A stretch of 64,000 bases of DNA from Acidobacteriota bacterium (GTDB lineage Bacteria > Acidobacteriota > Vicinamibacteria > Vicinamibacterales > UBA2999), in assembly GCA_031364805.1 (NCBI GenBank), contig JANLWW010000011.1, forward strand, positions 9,149-73,148, read 5' to 3'. Positions 1 through 9,527 of the stretch are shown here, one piece after another. The notes beneath the pieces are model-generated. The model did no database searches. It saw nothing but the letters and a program-made list of their open reading frames with translations, and was not told the DNA's origin. Both the position numbers and the translations under genes were made by a program. Within the stretch, counting starts at the first letter, position 1. The number at the start of each line of letters is the position of its first letter.

Positions 1-28
1 CAAGCCGTAAGTCTCAGGCCGCCAGCCT

Positions 29-397
29 TTATTTCTTCTCGTGAAAGTAGCTGTCGGTTCCGTCCAGCCAGTCCTGCCGGATGGGGCTGAAGATATCCAT
101 CTCGAAGGTGTCGTCGATGGCTTCGGCCTGGTGCGGAATCCATGACGGAATGTGCAGCACCTCACCTTCGCGCACCATGATCTCCTCGCCGTTGATCACG
201 AACCGCAAACCACCCTGCAATACATAGGTCATTTGCTCGCTTTCATGGGAGTGCATCGGCACCAGCGCACCACGCTTGAGGTAGATCTGCGTAACCATTT
301 CGCGTTCGCCCGTAATGAGCTTCCGTGAAATCATTTCGGTGACCTTTTCGAGCGCGATTTCGTCCCAGCGATAGAGGCGTACAGTTGGTGAAGGCAT
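29..397 (-). CDS. cupin domain protein
   Basis: 122-aa ORF with cupin-type His-containing motifs (PMHSHESEQ ... GEVLHIPSWIPH). Confidence 0.7.
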   Translation of the reverse strand: MPSPTVRLYRWDEIALEKVTEMISRKLITGEREMVTQIYLKRGALVPMHSHESEQMTYVLQGGLRFVINGEEIMVREGEVLHIPSWIPHQAEAIDDTFEMDIFSPIRQDWLDGTDSYFHEKK

Positions 398-422
398 GGG
401 TCAGGGTTCTCGTTTGGCGCGG

Positions 423-450
423 ATTATAGCATCCGGCCGGATGTTATAAT
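423..450. promoter_or_regulatory. 28-bp near-perfect palindrome with a TATAAT hexamer on each strand (divergent promoter/operator candidate)
   Basis: ATTATAGCATCCGG|CCGGATGTTATAAT, with one mismatch between the arms. TATAAT at 445-450 is 9 nt upstream of ATG 460. The mirror TATAAT lies on the minus strand at 428-423. Confidence 0.4.
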
Positions 451-459
451 TTTCGCGAC

Positions 460-2613
460 ATGAAGGCTTCGACGCTGGCATCCAGACCCGACGCGCACAC
501 GGCTCCCGCCGGGGACACGAGCGCGCGGTGGGGCGGTCTTACGCGCGACGAGTTATTGCGGGCCTACCGCACCATGCTGATGTCGCGCCGCCTCGACGAC
601 AAGGAGATTCAGCTCAAGAACCAGAGCCTGATCTTTTTCCAGATCAGCGGCGCAGGCCACGAGGCCGTGCTGACCGCCGCGGGCATGCACCTGCGTCCGG
701 CCTACGACTGGTTCTATCCGTATTACCGTGACCGCGCCTTGTGTCTGCAACTCGGCATGACCCCGCTCGAGATGTTGCTGAGCGCCGTGGGCGCGAAAGA
801 CGACCCGTGTTCAGGTGGACGGCAGATGCCGTCCCACTGGGGCCACACGGCGCTGAATATCCCGTCCCAGGGCAGCCCCACCGGCACGCAGTGCCTGCAA
901 GCGGTCGGCGCCGGTGAAGCGGGCATGCTGTACGAGCGCATCACCGCCATTGCGGACCGGCAGGACCGGTTCCACGCCGACGAAGTCACCTACGTCTCGA
1001 TCGGCGAAGGCGCGACTAGCGAAGGCGAGTTCTGGGAGTCGCTCAACACCGCCTGCACGCGCAACGTGCCGGTGCTGTTCCTGGTCGAAGACAACGGTTA
1101 CGCGATCTCCGTGCCGGTTGAAGTGCAGACCGCCGGCGGAGATATCTCGAAGCTGGTCGAATCGTTCCCCAACCTCGAAGTCTTGCGTTGTGATGGCACC
1201 GACTTCGTCGACAGCTACCGCACGATGGGCGAGGCCGTAGCGCGGGTGCGCCGCGAACGCAAGCCCACGTTTGTCCACGCCAGGGTGATTCGCCCATACT
1301 CGCACTCGCTGTCGGACGATGAGCGGTTGTACAAGACACCGGACGAGCGCAAGGCCGAGGCGCTGCGCGATCCGATCACCAAGATGCGCGCGTTCCTGGC
1401 GGACGAGAAACTCGCGACCGAAAGCGACCTGAACGAGATTGCGACCTCAGTCGATCGTGAGATCGCCGAGGCCACCGATGCCGCGCTGAAGGCGCCCAAG
1501 CCGTCGATCGACACGGCCGATTCATTCGTGTTCTCGCCCGATGTCGATCCGACCTCGGCGCAGTTCGAGACGCCGGCCCAGCCCGAGGGCAAGCCCGACA
1601 CGATGGTGGCGGCAATCAATCGAACACTGAAGGACGAGATGGCGAAGAACCCGCGCATTGTCGTGTTCGGCGAAGACGTCGCCGATGCGAGCAAGGTGGC
1701 GGCACTGGCCCAGGTACCCGGCAAGGGCGGCGTGTTCAAGGTGACGCACGGCCTGCAAAAGGCCCACGGCGCCGACCGCGTCTTCAACTCCCCCCTCGCC
1801 GAAGCCAACATCGTCGGGCGCGCGGTCGGCATGGCGACCCGCGGCATCAAGCCGGTGGTGGAGATCCAGTTCTTCGATTACATCTGGCCGGCGATGATGC
1901 AGATCAAGGACGAGATGTCGATGCTGCGCTACCGTTCGGGCAACAACTGGTCGTGCCCGATGGTGCTGCGGGTGCCGATTGGCGGCTACCTGCGCGGCGG
2001 CGCGCCGTACCACAGCCAGTCGGGGGTCAGCATTTTCGCGCACTGCCCCGGCATTCGTATCGCTTTCCCGAGCAACGCGGTGGATGCAGCGGGCCTGTTA
2101 CGCACCGCTATCCGCTGCGAAGATCCGGTCCTGTATCTCGAGCACAAGCACCTCTATCGGCAGACCTACAACAAGGGCGCCTATCCGGGCGCCGAGTTCA
2201 TGATCCCGTTTGGCAAGGGCTCACTGCGCCGCGAAGGTACCGACATTGTGGTGCTGACGTGGGGTGCGCTGGTGCAGCGTTCGCTGCTGGCAGCGCAACA
2301 GGCAGAGAAAGACGGCATCAGCGTCGCCGTGTTCGACCTGCGGACGATCATGCCCTACGACTGGGATGGCATCTCGGCTCTCGTGCGCAAGACCAATCGG
2401 GTGATCATCGCGCACGAAGACACCCTGACCTGCGGCTTCGGCGCCGAGATCGCCGCGCGCATCGGCGACGAGTTGTTCGAACACCTGGACGCGCCCGTGA
2501 AGCGCGTCGCGGCCAAGGACTGCCCGGTCGCCTACTGCCCGGAGCTTGAGGAAGTGATCCTGCCGCAGTCGGCCGACGTCCTCGCCGCCATCAAGGGTCT
2601 TGCGGCTTACTAG
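460..2613 (+). CDS. 2-oxoacid dehydrogenase E1 component, fused alpha/beta subunits (TPP-dependent)
   Basis: 717-aa ORF. The N-terminal half is E1-alpha-like ([24 protein letters not shown]). The C-terminal half is E1-beta-like ([35 protein letters not shown]). Confidence 0.85.
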   Translation: MKASTLASRPDAHTAPAGDTSARWGGLTRDELLRAYRTMLMSRRLDDKEIQLKNQSLIFFQISGAGHEAVLTAAGMHLRPAYDWFYPYYRDRALCLQLGMTPLEMLLSAVGAKDDPCSGGRQMPSHWGHTALNIPSQGSPTGTQCLQAVGAGEAGMLYERITAIADRQDRFHADEVTYVSIGEGATSEGEFWESLNTACTRNVPVLFLVEDNGYAISVPVEVQTAGGDISKLVESFPNLEVLRCDGTDFVDSYRTMGEAVARVRRERKPTFVHARVIRPYSHSLSDDERLYKTPDERKAEALRDPITKMRAFLADEKLATESDLNEIATSVDREIAEATDAALKAPKPSIDTADSFVFSPDVDPTSAQFETPAQPEGKPDTMVAAINRTLKDEMAKNPRIVVFGEDVADASKVAALAQVPGKGGVFKVTHGLQKAHGADRVFNSPLAEANIVGRAVGMATRGIKPVVEIQFFDYIWPAMMQIKDEMSMLRYRSGNNWSCPMVLRVPIGGYLRGGAPYHSQSGVSIFAHCPGIRIAFPSNAVDAAGLLRTAIRCEDPVLYLEHKHLYRQTYNKGAYPGAEFMIPFGKGSLRREGTDIVVLTWGALVQRSLLAAQQAEKDGISVAVFDLRTIMPYDWDGISALVRKTNRVIIAHEDTLTCGFGAEIAARIGDELFEHLDAPVKRVAAKDCPVAYCPELEEVILPQSADVLAAIKGLAAY

Positions 2614-3637
2614 CGCGACGGCAGTCGTTCTTCTGTTGGCAACCACGGCGGCACTGGGTGACCAGGCGGCCGTTCGTGTTTCACCGGGACAGGTCGATCT
2701 GTTGAGATCGGTCAACACCCTCGCGCCCGATGTGGTGGGCCTGTTCCGAGAGCCCATCGGCTTCAAGCAAACCGCGATCGGCGATTATTACGTGTTCGAT
2801 CGGCGTGCCCACGCCGTCTATGCCGTCGCCGAGAATGGCCGCTCCAGCCGCAAGCTGGTGCAGATCGGCGCCGAGGACGGGCGCCTGATCGAGCCGAGCG
2901 CGTTTGATGTCGCCATCAACGGCAGCTTTGCCGTCGCCGACGCTCCGAATAACCGCGAGCGCGTGCAGCTGTTTGATTCGTCTGGCGTGCGAACCGGGGG
3001 GTTCCTGCTGCCTGGCCGTGGCGCGGCCCGCGTGGTGCTGGGATCGCTCAGCCTGAACGGTGTCGGCACCCTCGCTTTCACCGGTCGTTCCGTGATCATG
3101 AGCCAACCCGACTCGGGGTGGTTGATCACCGAGTACGGGCTCTCAGGGACGCCGACCAGAACGGTCGGCCAGCTACGGCGAACCGGTCATGAGTCGGACC
3201 GGCAGCTGCACCTGGCGCTCAATGCAGGGATTCCCATTCCCGATCCCAACGGTGGCTTTTATTTTGTGTTCATGGCGGGACCGCCGGCCTTCCGGAAGTA
3301 CCACGCCAACGGCGAACTGGTCTACGAGCGGACAGTTCAAGGTCGCGAGATCGATCCGGTGGTCGCGGCGATTCCCACGCGCTGGCCACGCCGGACTGCC
3401 GGTGATGGCGAGCTGCCGATGGTGACGCCCACGGTGCGAACTGCCGCGGTCGATGGCGCGGGCCGGCTCTGGATTTCGTTCGTTGTACCGTTTACCTACG
3501 TCTACGAGGCCGACGGCGAGAAGGTGCGGACAGTGCAGTTTCGTGGCGCTGGTGTCGTCGCGCCATCGAGCTTGTCGTTCACCTCGCGCGGCCGACTATT
3601 GATTACGCCCGGGTGTTACGAGTTTGCTCCTGGGTAG
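2600..3637 (+). CDS. secreted beta-propeller (NHL-like repeat) protein, function unknown
   Basis: 345-aa ORF with a TTG start overlapping the upstream stop. It has a hydrophobic signal-like N-terminus ([13 protein letters not shown]) and repeated strand-rich segments. Confidence 0.45.
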   Translation: MRLTSATAVVLLLATTAALGDQAAVRVSPGQVDLLRSVNTLAPDVVGLFREPIGFKQTAIGDYYVFDRRAHAVYAVAENGRSSRKLVQIGAEDGRLIEPSAFDVAINGSFAVADAPNNRERVQLFDSSGVRTGGFLLPGRGAARVVLGSLSLNGVGTLAFTGRSVIMSQPDSGWLITEYGLSGTPTRTVGQLRRTGHESDRQLHLALNAGIPIPDPNGGFYFVFMAGPPAFRKYHANGELVYERTVQGREIDPVVAAIPTRWPRRTAGDGELPMVTPTVRTAAVDGAGRLWISFVVPFTYVYEADGEKVRTVQFRGAGVVAPSSLSFTSRGRLLITPGCYEFAPG

Positions 3638-3644
3638 CCAGCGA

Positions 3645-6434
3645 TTAGGGTTTGAACTCGACCCAGATGCCGAGCAGGCGTGAATCCTTGGATGCGGGAT
3701 CGCGATCGCTGGGCCTGGCGCCATTGGTCGTGGTCACGGTCAACGGAATCACGCCGGCGACGGCCGGTGGCAATTCCACTTCAGCCACTTGACCCGCGAC
3801 CAGCGCCGCCTCCCACTCCCAGCCAGGAACGCTCATCCTGACGGTGTTGGGCTCACCCCCGCTGTGAAAGCGCAACACCACTGGGCTGGTCTGGCCTGGC
3901 GCCGGAACGATGGTGAACTGCGCTGTGCGGCGGCCAAGCACCCAGAGTCCTTGCGGCTCTGGATGCGCCTGCTCGTCGTGGAAATAGGCGGCAGCGCCGG
4001 CGTAGTTCCTCGCCGCGATCACCGCAGGCAGCTGCGGGCGGGCGCCGGCGTCCACGAGGCGAATGGGTGTGATGGTGATGCGTTCGATCGCCCGCTCCAG
4101 TTCAACCGGGCCGCGCAGCCCGAAGAAATTGACATCCACGGGCAATGCCAGTTCCGCCCGCCAGATCTCTTCGGGTTGTGGCTGGACCTGCCACGATTGC
4201 AGTGGCGCACCCGTGCGGCCGACTTGCACCGAGAGCGGCATCGCCTGCGCCGGCACGTGCTCGCCAAAAGCAACGGCGATTGAATAGGTGCCAGCAGGCA
4301 GCGAGAAGCGGCCGCTGTGAAACAACGGTACGGGCGTTCGTTCGGTGCGCAGACCGGGGCTTAACTGGAGCGACAGGTACGGCAACAGTGAGGCGGCGTC
4401 GCTCAGCTGCACGGTTTCGTCGTAGCGGAGGGCGGTTGGCCTGACGCGGCTGTCGAAACGATCGAGCGCAACCAGGCGCGCACGCGCCGCAAGGCTGAGG
4501 TCCTGGCGCGGGGACGCACCGGGCAGCATCGGCATCAGCAGGACAACGAGCGACAGGGCTGCAACAAGGACGGTGATCGCCAGTAGTGCAGCCGCTCCGG
4601 GCGAAAAGATCTTCCATCGCGACAGCAGTACGCCGGCGCCGGTTGCCGCGGCCAGCCAGCACAGGGCCTGCACGCAGGCGTGAATCAGGCTGCCCTTGAT
4701 AAAGGAGGGCACTGTTGCTGCGAACTGGTAGGAGGGGGACCAGTACTCGAGCAGAGCCGAGCTGCCGTCACGGCCGTTGTCAATCAGCAAGCCGTCGGCG
4801 GCGAATGTCAACGTGGTGGCGATGGCAATGCCCAGCCAGAGCAACAGGTGATGCGCAGCGCGGCGAGCCGAACCGGCAGGAGCATCCCTGAAGGCCACTG
4901 CGATCGGCAGCGTCAGCAGGAACAAGCCCGAGACCAGCGGCCGGCCAGGCGGCGCCGACCCGCCCCACCATAGTAAGTGGGAGCCCACGGTCACGAGCAG
5001 CGCGACGAAGATAAACGTGATCTCGATTGCCTGCCGTCGAAGCTCGCTGCCGGTGTGCCACATCCTGACCAGGCCAAACCCGGCCAGGGCGTAAGCCGGC
5101 GCAAACGCCAACAGCCCGTATTCCTGATCCAACACCAGCCCGGGCGCACCGCGCAGGAGATGAAGCAACGAGGTCTGCCCGTGCTCGCCATAGGCGGCCG
5201 TTGGCGACGGGCTGCCCCAGTAAATGTAGAAGAAGGCAAACCAGGCGAGCAGCGAGGCGCCATAGGGGAATGCCATGGCCCAGGCCTTCGGTTCTCGCAG
5301 CAACGCAGCCGGCCCGCGCCACAGCCGGGCGTACGCCACCAGCAGCAATGCCGCCGACATCGGCGCATACTTCGTACTGAGCCACGGCAACGCACCACAG
5401 AAAATTCCAGCCGCCACGTGCCGTCCGATGCCAGGCCGATGCCACGGCGTCCTGACGGTCAGTAGCAATGCGCTCATCACGCATAATCCGCCAAACACTT
5501 CGGGATACACGGTAAAGGCATTGAGCAGGTACGGCGCCGAGCAAGCAATCGCGGCCCAGCCAAAGGTCGCCGCACCGGCCGCATTCAGTACGACTCGCAC
5601 CCACCACCACGCGACCGCCGCCGTGGCAGCACCAGCCAGCAGAATCAGCGCCGCCACGCCGGGGTAGCCACCGACGGCGTAGACCGGCGCCACGAGAAGG
5701 GGCATCAGAACGGGGTGGACTGAGTAAACGCCTTGATCAACGCCGGCGTTCATGTAGTGCGGCGCCAGTTCGGCATTGAAGTACTCGCGGTAGTCTCCCC
5801 GCTGGTGATTGTTGAAGATGTCCAGGTCGCCGTCGCGCCAAAGGCTCTGTGCGATCACCAGGTAGTGCGGCTCATCGCCGCCGGGGTAGACCGCCGAGGG
5901 CAGCAGGCGAACGGCCACCGCGCCGCTGGTCGCCAGTGTCGCGACAAAGATGGCCACCACCAACCGCGGCCGCGGGGGGGTGAGGACTGCTGCCGGGTCT
6001 GTCGCGGCCGCCTGCCAGAGGACCCACGCTTGAAGCGCGGCGACCACCAGCCACACCGCCGGAACGAGCGGACCGGCGAGCGCCTGCAGCGCAGGCCAGC
6101 GATCGGGCAGTAGCGGCAGGTACGGCAGCGTCAGAAGGCCGAGTGAGCAGAGTGGGAGAACCAGGCTCTCGAGCCTGGTTGCGGGAGGCGCGGATCTGCG
6201 ACGCAAGAGGCCGCCGACCACGGCAAACATCAGCGCTGCCGCGGCCGCCAACGCCAGCAGCACCCACCACGAAGGGAGCATGGCGACGCGAATAGTTCTG
6301 TCACCGGTCACGATCCGATCGAGAACACTCAGGCTGGCAAACGCCGCGGCCCCGGTGCCAGTGGCCGCGATCGCGAGGGTCAAGCGGCGACGGAGCATTG
6401 GGTATTTTCTCACGGCAGCCGGCGCAGTTGACAC
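3645..6434 (-). CDS. large polytopic membrane protein, GT-C (ArnT/PMT-like) glycosyltransferase fold candidate
   Basis: 929-aa ORF with many hydrophobic helices in the N-terminal two thirds. A GGDEPHYLVIAQSL loop motif resembles the DE-x-x-Y loop of GT39/GT83 enzymes. The C-terminal domain is soluble. Confidence 0.5.
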   Translation of the reverse strand: MSTAPAAVRKYPMLRRRLTLAIAATGTGAAAFASLSVLDRIVTGDRTIRVAMLPSWWVLLALAAAAALMFAVVGGLLRRRSAPPATRLESLVLPLCSLGLLTLPYLPLLPDRWPALQALAGPLVPAVWLVVAALQAWVLWQAAATDPAAVLTPPRPRLVVAIFVATLATSGAVAVRLLPSAVYPGGDEPHYLVIAQSLWRDGDLDIFNNHQRGDYREYFNAELAPHYMNAGVDQGVYSVHPVLMPLLVAPVYAVGGYPGVAALILLAGAATAAVAWWWVRVVLNAAGAATFGWAAIACSAPYLLNAFTVYPEVFGGLCVMSALLLTVRTPWHRPGIGRHVAAGIFCGALPWLSTKYAPMSAALLLVAYARLWRGPAALLREPKAWAMAFPYGASLLAWFAFFYIYWGSPSPTAAYGEHGQTSLLHLLRGAPGLVLDQEYGLLAFAPAYALAGFGLVRMWHTGSELRRQAIEITFIFVALLVTVGSHLLWWGGSAPPGRPLVSGLFLLTLPIAVAFRDAPAGSARRAAHHLLLWLGIAIATTLTFAADGLLIDNGRDGSSALLEYWSPSYQFAATVPSFIKGSLIHACVQALCWLAAATGAGVLLSRWKIFSPGAAALLAITVLVAALSLVVLLMPMLPGASPRQDLSLAARARLVALDRFDSRVRPTALRYDETVQLSDAASLLPYLSLQLSPGLRTERTPVPLFHSGRFSLPAGTYSIAVAFGEHVPAQAMPLSVQVGRTGAPLQSWQVQPQPEEIWRAELALPVDVNFFGLRGPVELERAIERITITPIRLVDAGARPQLPAVIAARNYAGAAAYFHDEQAHPEPQGLWVLGRRTAQFTIVPAPGQTSPVVLRFHSGGEPNTVRMSVPGWEWEAALVAGQVAEVELPPAVAGVIPLTVTTTNGARPSDRDPASKDSRLLGIWVEFKP

Positions 6435-6454
6435 CGCGGCGGGTCAGGTGGAAA

Positions 6455-6474
6455 ATGAATGAATGTTCATTCAT
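6455..6474. promoter_or_regulatory. FadR/YsiA-type operator candidate (perfect palindrome ATGAATGAA-TG-TTCATTCAT)
   Basis: Perfect 9-bp arms with a 2-bp spacer. AT-rich in a GC-rich context. Overlaps the ATG (6459) of the TetR gene that heads the beta-oxidation operon. Confidence 0.6.
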
Positions 6475-7109
6475 CGACGACGGCGATGTCGGTAGCCGCC
6501 CGGCGGCTGACGACGGTGAAGCCGGCCGGCGCGACCGGCGACAAGCGCGACCTGATTCTGCGCGCCGCAACACGGGTGTTTGCTCAAAACGGCTTCTTCC
6601 AGTCGCAAGTCGCGGATGTCGCCCGGGTGGCGGGCGTGGCGGCCGGCACGGTCTACCTTTACTTCAAGGGCAAGGACGACTTGCTCGTCTCGATCTTCGA
6701 GCGTTCGATGGGCGAGGTGATTGCTGAGGGGCGCGCCGCGGTCGCCGACGTTTCAAGTCCGGCCGAGCGCTTGCGGCGCATCGCTCATTTGCATCTGGGC
6801 CGCCTCGGCCGCGACCAACATCTCGCCGTGGTGTTCCAGGTGGAACTCCGGCAGTCGGTGAAGTTCATGGAGCGCTTTTCCGCTACCTTTCTGCAGGACT
6901 ACCTCAAGCTGATTCGTGACGCGATTGCCGACGGCCAGCAGAGTGGCGCCTTCCGCAAGGACATCAGCGCAACCACCGCGGCGAAGATTTTCTTTGGTGC
7001 GCTCGATGAGATGGCCACCAACTGGATGCTCAGCCGCCGCAAATACGACCTCACCGCCGAAGCGGATGCAGTGGTCGACCTGTTCATCAATGGAGTGGGC
7101 CGCAGATGA
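6459..7109 (+). CDS. TetR family transcriptional regulator (fatty-acid degradation regulator candidate)
   Basis: 216-aa ORF with an N-terminal TetR HTH (ILRAATRVFAQNGFFQSQVADVARVAGVAAGTVYLYF). ATGA overlap with the downstream fadN-like gene. Confidence 0.85.
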   Translation: MNVHSSTTAMSVAARRLTTVKPAGATGDKRDLILRAATRVFAQNGFFQSQVADVARVAGVAAGTVYLYFKGKDDLLVSIFERSMGEVIAEGRAAVADVSSPAERLRRIAHLHLGRLGRDQHLAVVFQVELRQSVKFMERFSATFLQDYLKLIRDAIADGQQSGAFRKDISATTAAKIFFGALDEMATNWMLSRRKYDLTAEADAVVDLFINGVGRR

Positions 7110-9418
7110 TGCAAATCAACTCCGTCACAGTGCTTGGCGCCGGCACCATGGGCGCGCAGATTGCCCTGCACTGCGCCAACGCCGGCATCCCGGTCCTGCT
7201 GCTCGATCTCACCGCCGACCAGGCCCGCCTGGGCCTCGACAAGGCGCGCAAGTTGAAGCCCGATCCGCAGTTCACGCCCGATGCGTTCAGGTTGATCACC
7301 ACCGGCGGCTTCGATACCGACCTCGACGCCATCGCCAAGACCGACTGGATCATGGAGGCGGTGGTCGAGCGCCTCGACATCAAGCAGCAATTGCTCGCGC
7401 GCGTCGACGAGCAGCGCCGGCCGGGCTCGATTGTCAGCACCAACACCTCGGGTATTCAGATCGCCATGCTGGCGGAGGGACGCTCCGACGATTTCCGCCG
7501 GCACTGGATCGGCACCCATTTCTTCAATCCGCCTCGCTACCTGCGCCTGCTCGAGATCATCCCGACTGTCGAAACCGATCCGGCGGTCGTGGCCGCAGTG
7601 ACGAGGTTCGGCGATCACACGCTCGGCAAGGGCGTGGTGGTGGCGAAGGACACGCCGAATTTCATCGGCAACCACATTGCCCTTTACGGCGTCGCGCGCA
7701 CGCTCGATGTGCTGGCCACCGGTAACTACACCATCGAGGAGATCGACGCGATCACCGGCCCGGCGCTCGGCCGCCCTGGCAGCGCGACGTTCCGGACCAT
7801 GGACATCGCCGGCATCGATGTGCTCGCCCACGTCTTGCGCAACCTGAACGAGCGGCTGGCCACCGAAGCCGACCGCAGCGCGTTTGCCGTGCCGGCACTG
7901 GTCGAGGAGCTCATCAAGCGCGGGCAGCTCGGCGAGAAGGCCGGCAAGGGCTTCTACGAGCGCCGCAAGAACGCGAAGGGGGAGAGCGAGATCTGGACGC
8001 TTGACCCGGCGACCTTCGAGTATCGAGCGAAGCAATCGGCGCGCATCGCCTCAATCGAGGCAGGTCGGTCGATCGACGACCTCGCCGAACGTGTGCGTGC
8101 GCTGTTCAATGCCAAGGACAAGGCCGGCGAGTTCCTGCGCGCCACGCTGGCGCCAACGCTGATCTACGCCGCGCGGGTGACACCCGACATCGCCCACTCA
8201 ATCGACGACGTCGACCGGGTCATGCGGTGGGGGTTCGGCTGGGACCTCGGCCCCTTCGAACTGTTCGACATCATCGGCGTGAGCGAAGTACTGGCGGCGG
8301 CCGAAACCGCCGGCGGGCACGCGATGGTGGGCGGGGTTCCGCCGCTGGTCGCGAGCCTGCTCGAAGGCGGGCTGACGCGCTTTCGTGAGGGGTTGGTCAA
8401 ACCCGCGGCCGCGGACCTGCAGATCCTGCGCACGGCCCGCGAACACGACCGCGTGATCAAGAAGAACTCGGGCGCCAGTCTCGTCGACCTCGGCGACGGC
8501 GTCATTGCGGTCGAGTTCCATTCAAAGATGAACGCGATCGGCGGCGACACCGTGCAGATGCTCCACGCCGGCGTCAAGGAGGCCACCAAGAGCGGGCAGG
8601 CGCTGGTCGTCGGCAACGACGCGCCGAACTTCTCGGCCGGCGCCAACCTCATGCTCGTGCTGCTCGAGGCGCAAGAAGGCAACTGGGACGAACTCGACAT
8701 GATGATCCGGGCGTTCCAGCAAGCAACTATGGCGCTGCGCTACAGCCCGGTGCCGGTGGTCGTGGCCACCGCAGGGCTCACACTCGGCGGCGGCACCGAG
8801 ATCGCACTGCACGGCGACCGCGTGCAGGCCGCAGCCGAAACCTACATGGGTCTGGTCGAAGTCGGCGTTGGCCTGATTCCGGGTGGCGGCGGCACGAAAG
8901 AGATGACCGCGAGGGCCATGGCCGAACTGCCGACGCCGCAAAGCGATCCGCTACCCTACATCCAGAAGGCCTTCGAGACCATCGCGCTGGCCAAGGTGTC
9001 GGCGAGCGGGCCCGACGCGCTGCGCCTCGGCTATCTGGCCGTGACCGACGGCTTCACGATGAATCGCGAACGCCTGATGGCCGATGCCAAGGCAAAGGCC
9101 CTCGACCGAGTGCGCGAGGGTTACCGTGCGCCGGCTCCGCGCACCGCCATTCCGGTTGGCGGTGAATCGCTGACGGCAGCCTTGAACCTTGGCGTGCATC
9201 TGGCGTGGCGGGCGGGCCGCGCGACCGACCATGACGCGGTGGTCGGCCGCAAGCTCGCGCACATCATGGGCGGCGGCAACCTGCCGCACGCCACGACGGT
9301 GACCGAACAGTACTTGCTGGATCTCGAACGCGAAGCCTTCATGAGCTTGATCGGCGAGCGTAAGACCCTTGAACGCATCCAGCACACGCTCAAGACCGGA
9401 AAGCCACTGAGAAACTGA
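7106..9418 (+). CDS. fadN: 3-hydroxyacyl-CoA dehydrogenase / enoyl-CoA hydratase fusion (FadN-type domain order)
   Basis: 770-aa ORF with an N-terminal NAD-binding GAGTMG motif and a 3HCDH region. The C-terminal part is crotonase-like (NFSAGANL, GGGTEIAL). Confidence 0.85.
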   Translation: MMQINSVTVLGAGTMGAQIALHCANAGIPVLLLDLTADQARLGLDKARKLKPDPQFTPDAFRLITTGGFDTDLDAIAKTDWIMEAVVERLDIKQQLLARVDEQRRPGSIVSTNTSGIQIAMLAEGRSDDFRRHWIGTHFFNPPRYLRLLEIIPTVETDPAVVAAVTRFGDHTLGKGVVVAKDTPNFIGNHIALYGVARTLDVLATGNYTIEEIDAITGPALGRPGSATFRTMDIAGIDVLAHVLRNLNERLATEADRSAFAVPALVEELIKRGQLGEKAGKGFYERRKNAKGESEIWTLDPATFEYRAKQSARIASIEAGRSIDDLAERVRALFNAKDKAGEFLRATLAPTLIYAARVTPDIAHSIDDVDRVMRWGFGWDLGPFELFDIIGVSEVLAAAETAGGHAMVGGVPPLVASLLEGGLTRFREGLVKPAAADLQILRTAREHDRVIKKNSGASLVDLGDGVIAVEFHSKMNAIGGDTVQMLHAGVKEATKSGQALVVGNDAPNFSAGANLMLVLLEAQEGNWDELDMMIRAFQQATMALRYSPVPVVVATAGLTLGGGTEIALHGDRVQAAAETYMGLVEVGVGLIPGGGGTKEMTARAMAELPTPQSDPLPYIQKAFETIALAKVSASGPDALRLGYLAVTDGFTMNRERLMADAKAKALDRVREGYRAPAPRTAIPVGGESLTAALNLGVHLAWRAGRATDHDAVVGRKLAHIMGGGNLPHATTVTEQYLLDLEREAFMSLIGERKTLERIQHTLKTGKPLRN

Positions 9419-9457
9419 GGGCTTGGGGCTTGGGGGCTTGGGGGCTTGGGGGCTTGG
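9419..9457 (+). repeat. G-tract octamer tandem repeat (GGGGCTTG, about 5 units)
   Basis: gggcttggggcttgggggcttgggggcttgggggcttgg starts directly after the fadN stop codon. Confidence 0.9.
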
Positions 9458-9461
9458 CATT

Positions 9462-9516
9462 GCGAATAGCGAACGGCGAATAGCGAGTAGCGAATAGCGA
9501 GTAGCGAATAGCGAGC
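9462..9516 (+). repeat. tandem repeat of a roughly 14-nt unit GCGAATAGCGAGTA (3-4 units)
   Basis: gcgaatagcgaacggcgaatagcgagtagcgaatagcgagtagcgaatagcgagc ends 12 nt before ATG 9528. Confidence 0.9.
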
Positions 9517-9527
9517 AACGAAGAGCG

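Noticed and set aside
9419-9527. Tandem repeats considered as a possible CRISPR array. The same question was asked of 28844-28901 and 32808-32846.
   Set aside because: The units are 8-14 nt and directly abutting, with no unique spacers. There are no cas genes in the window.
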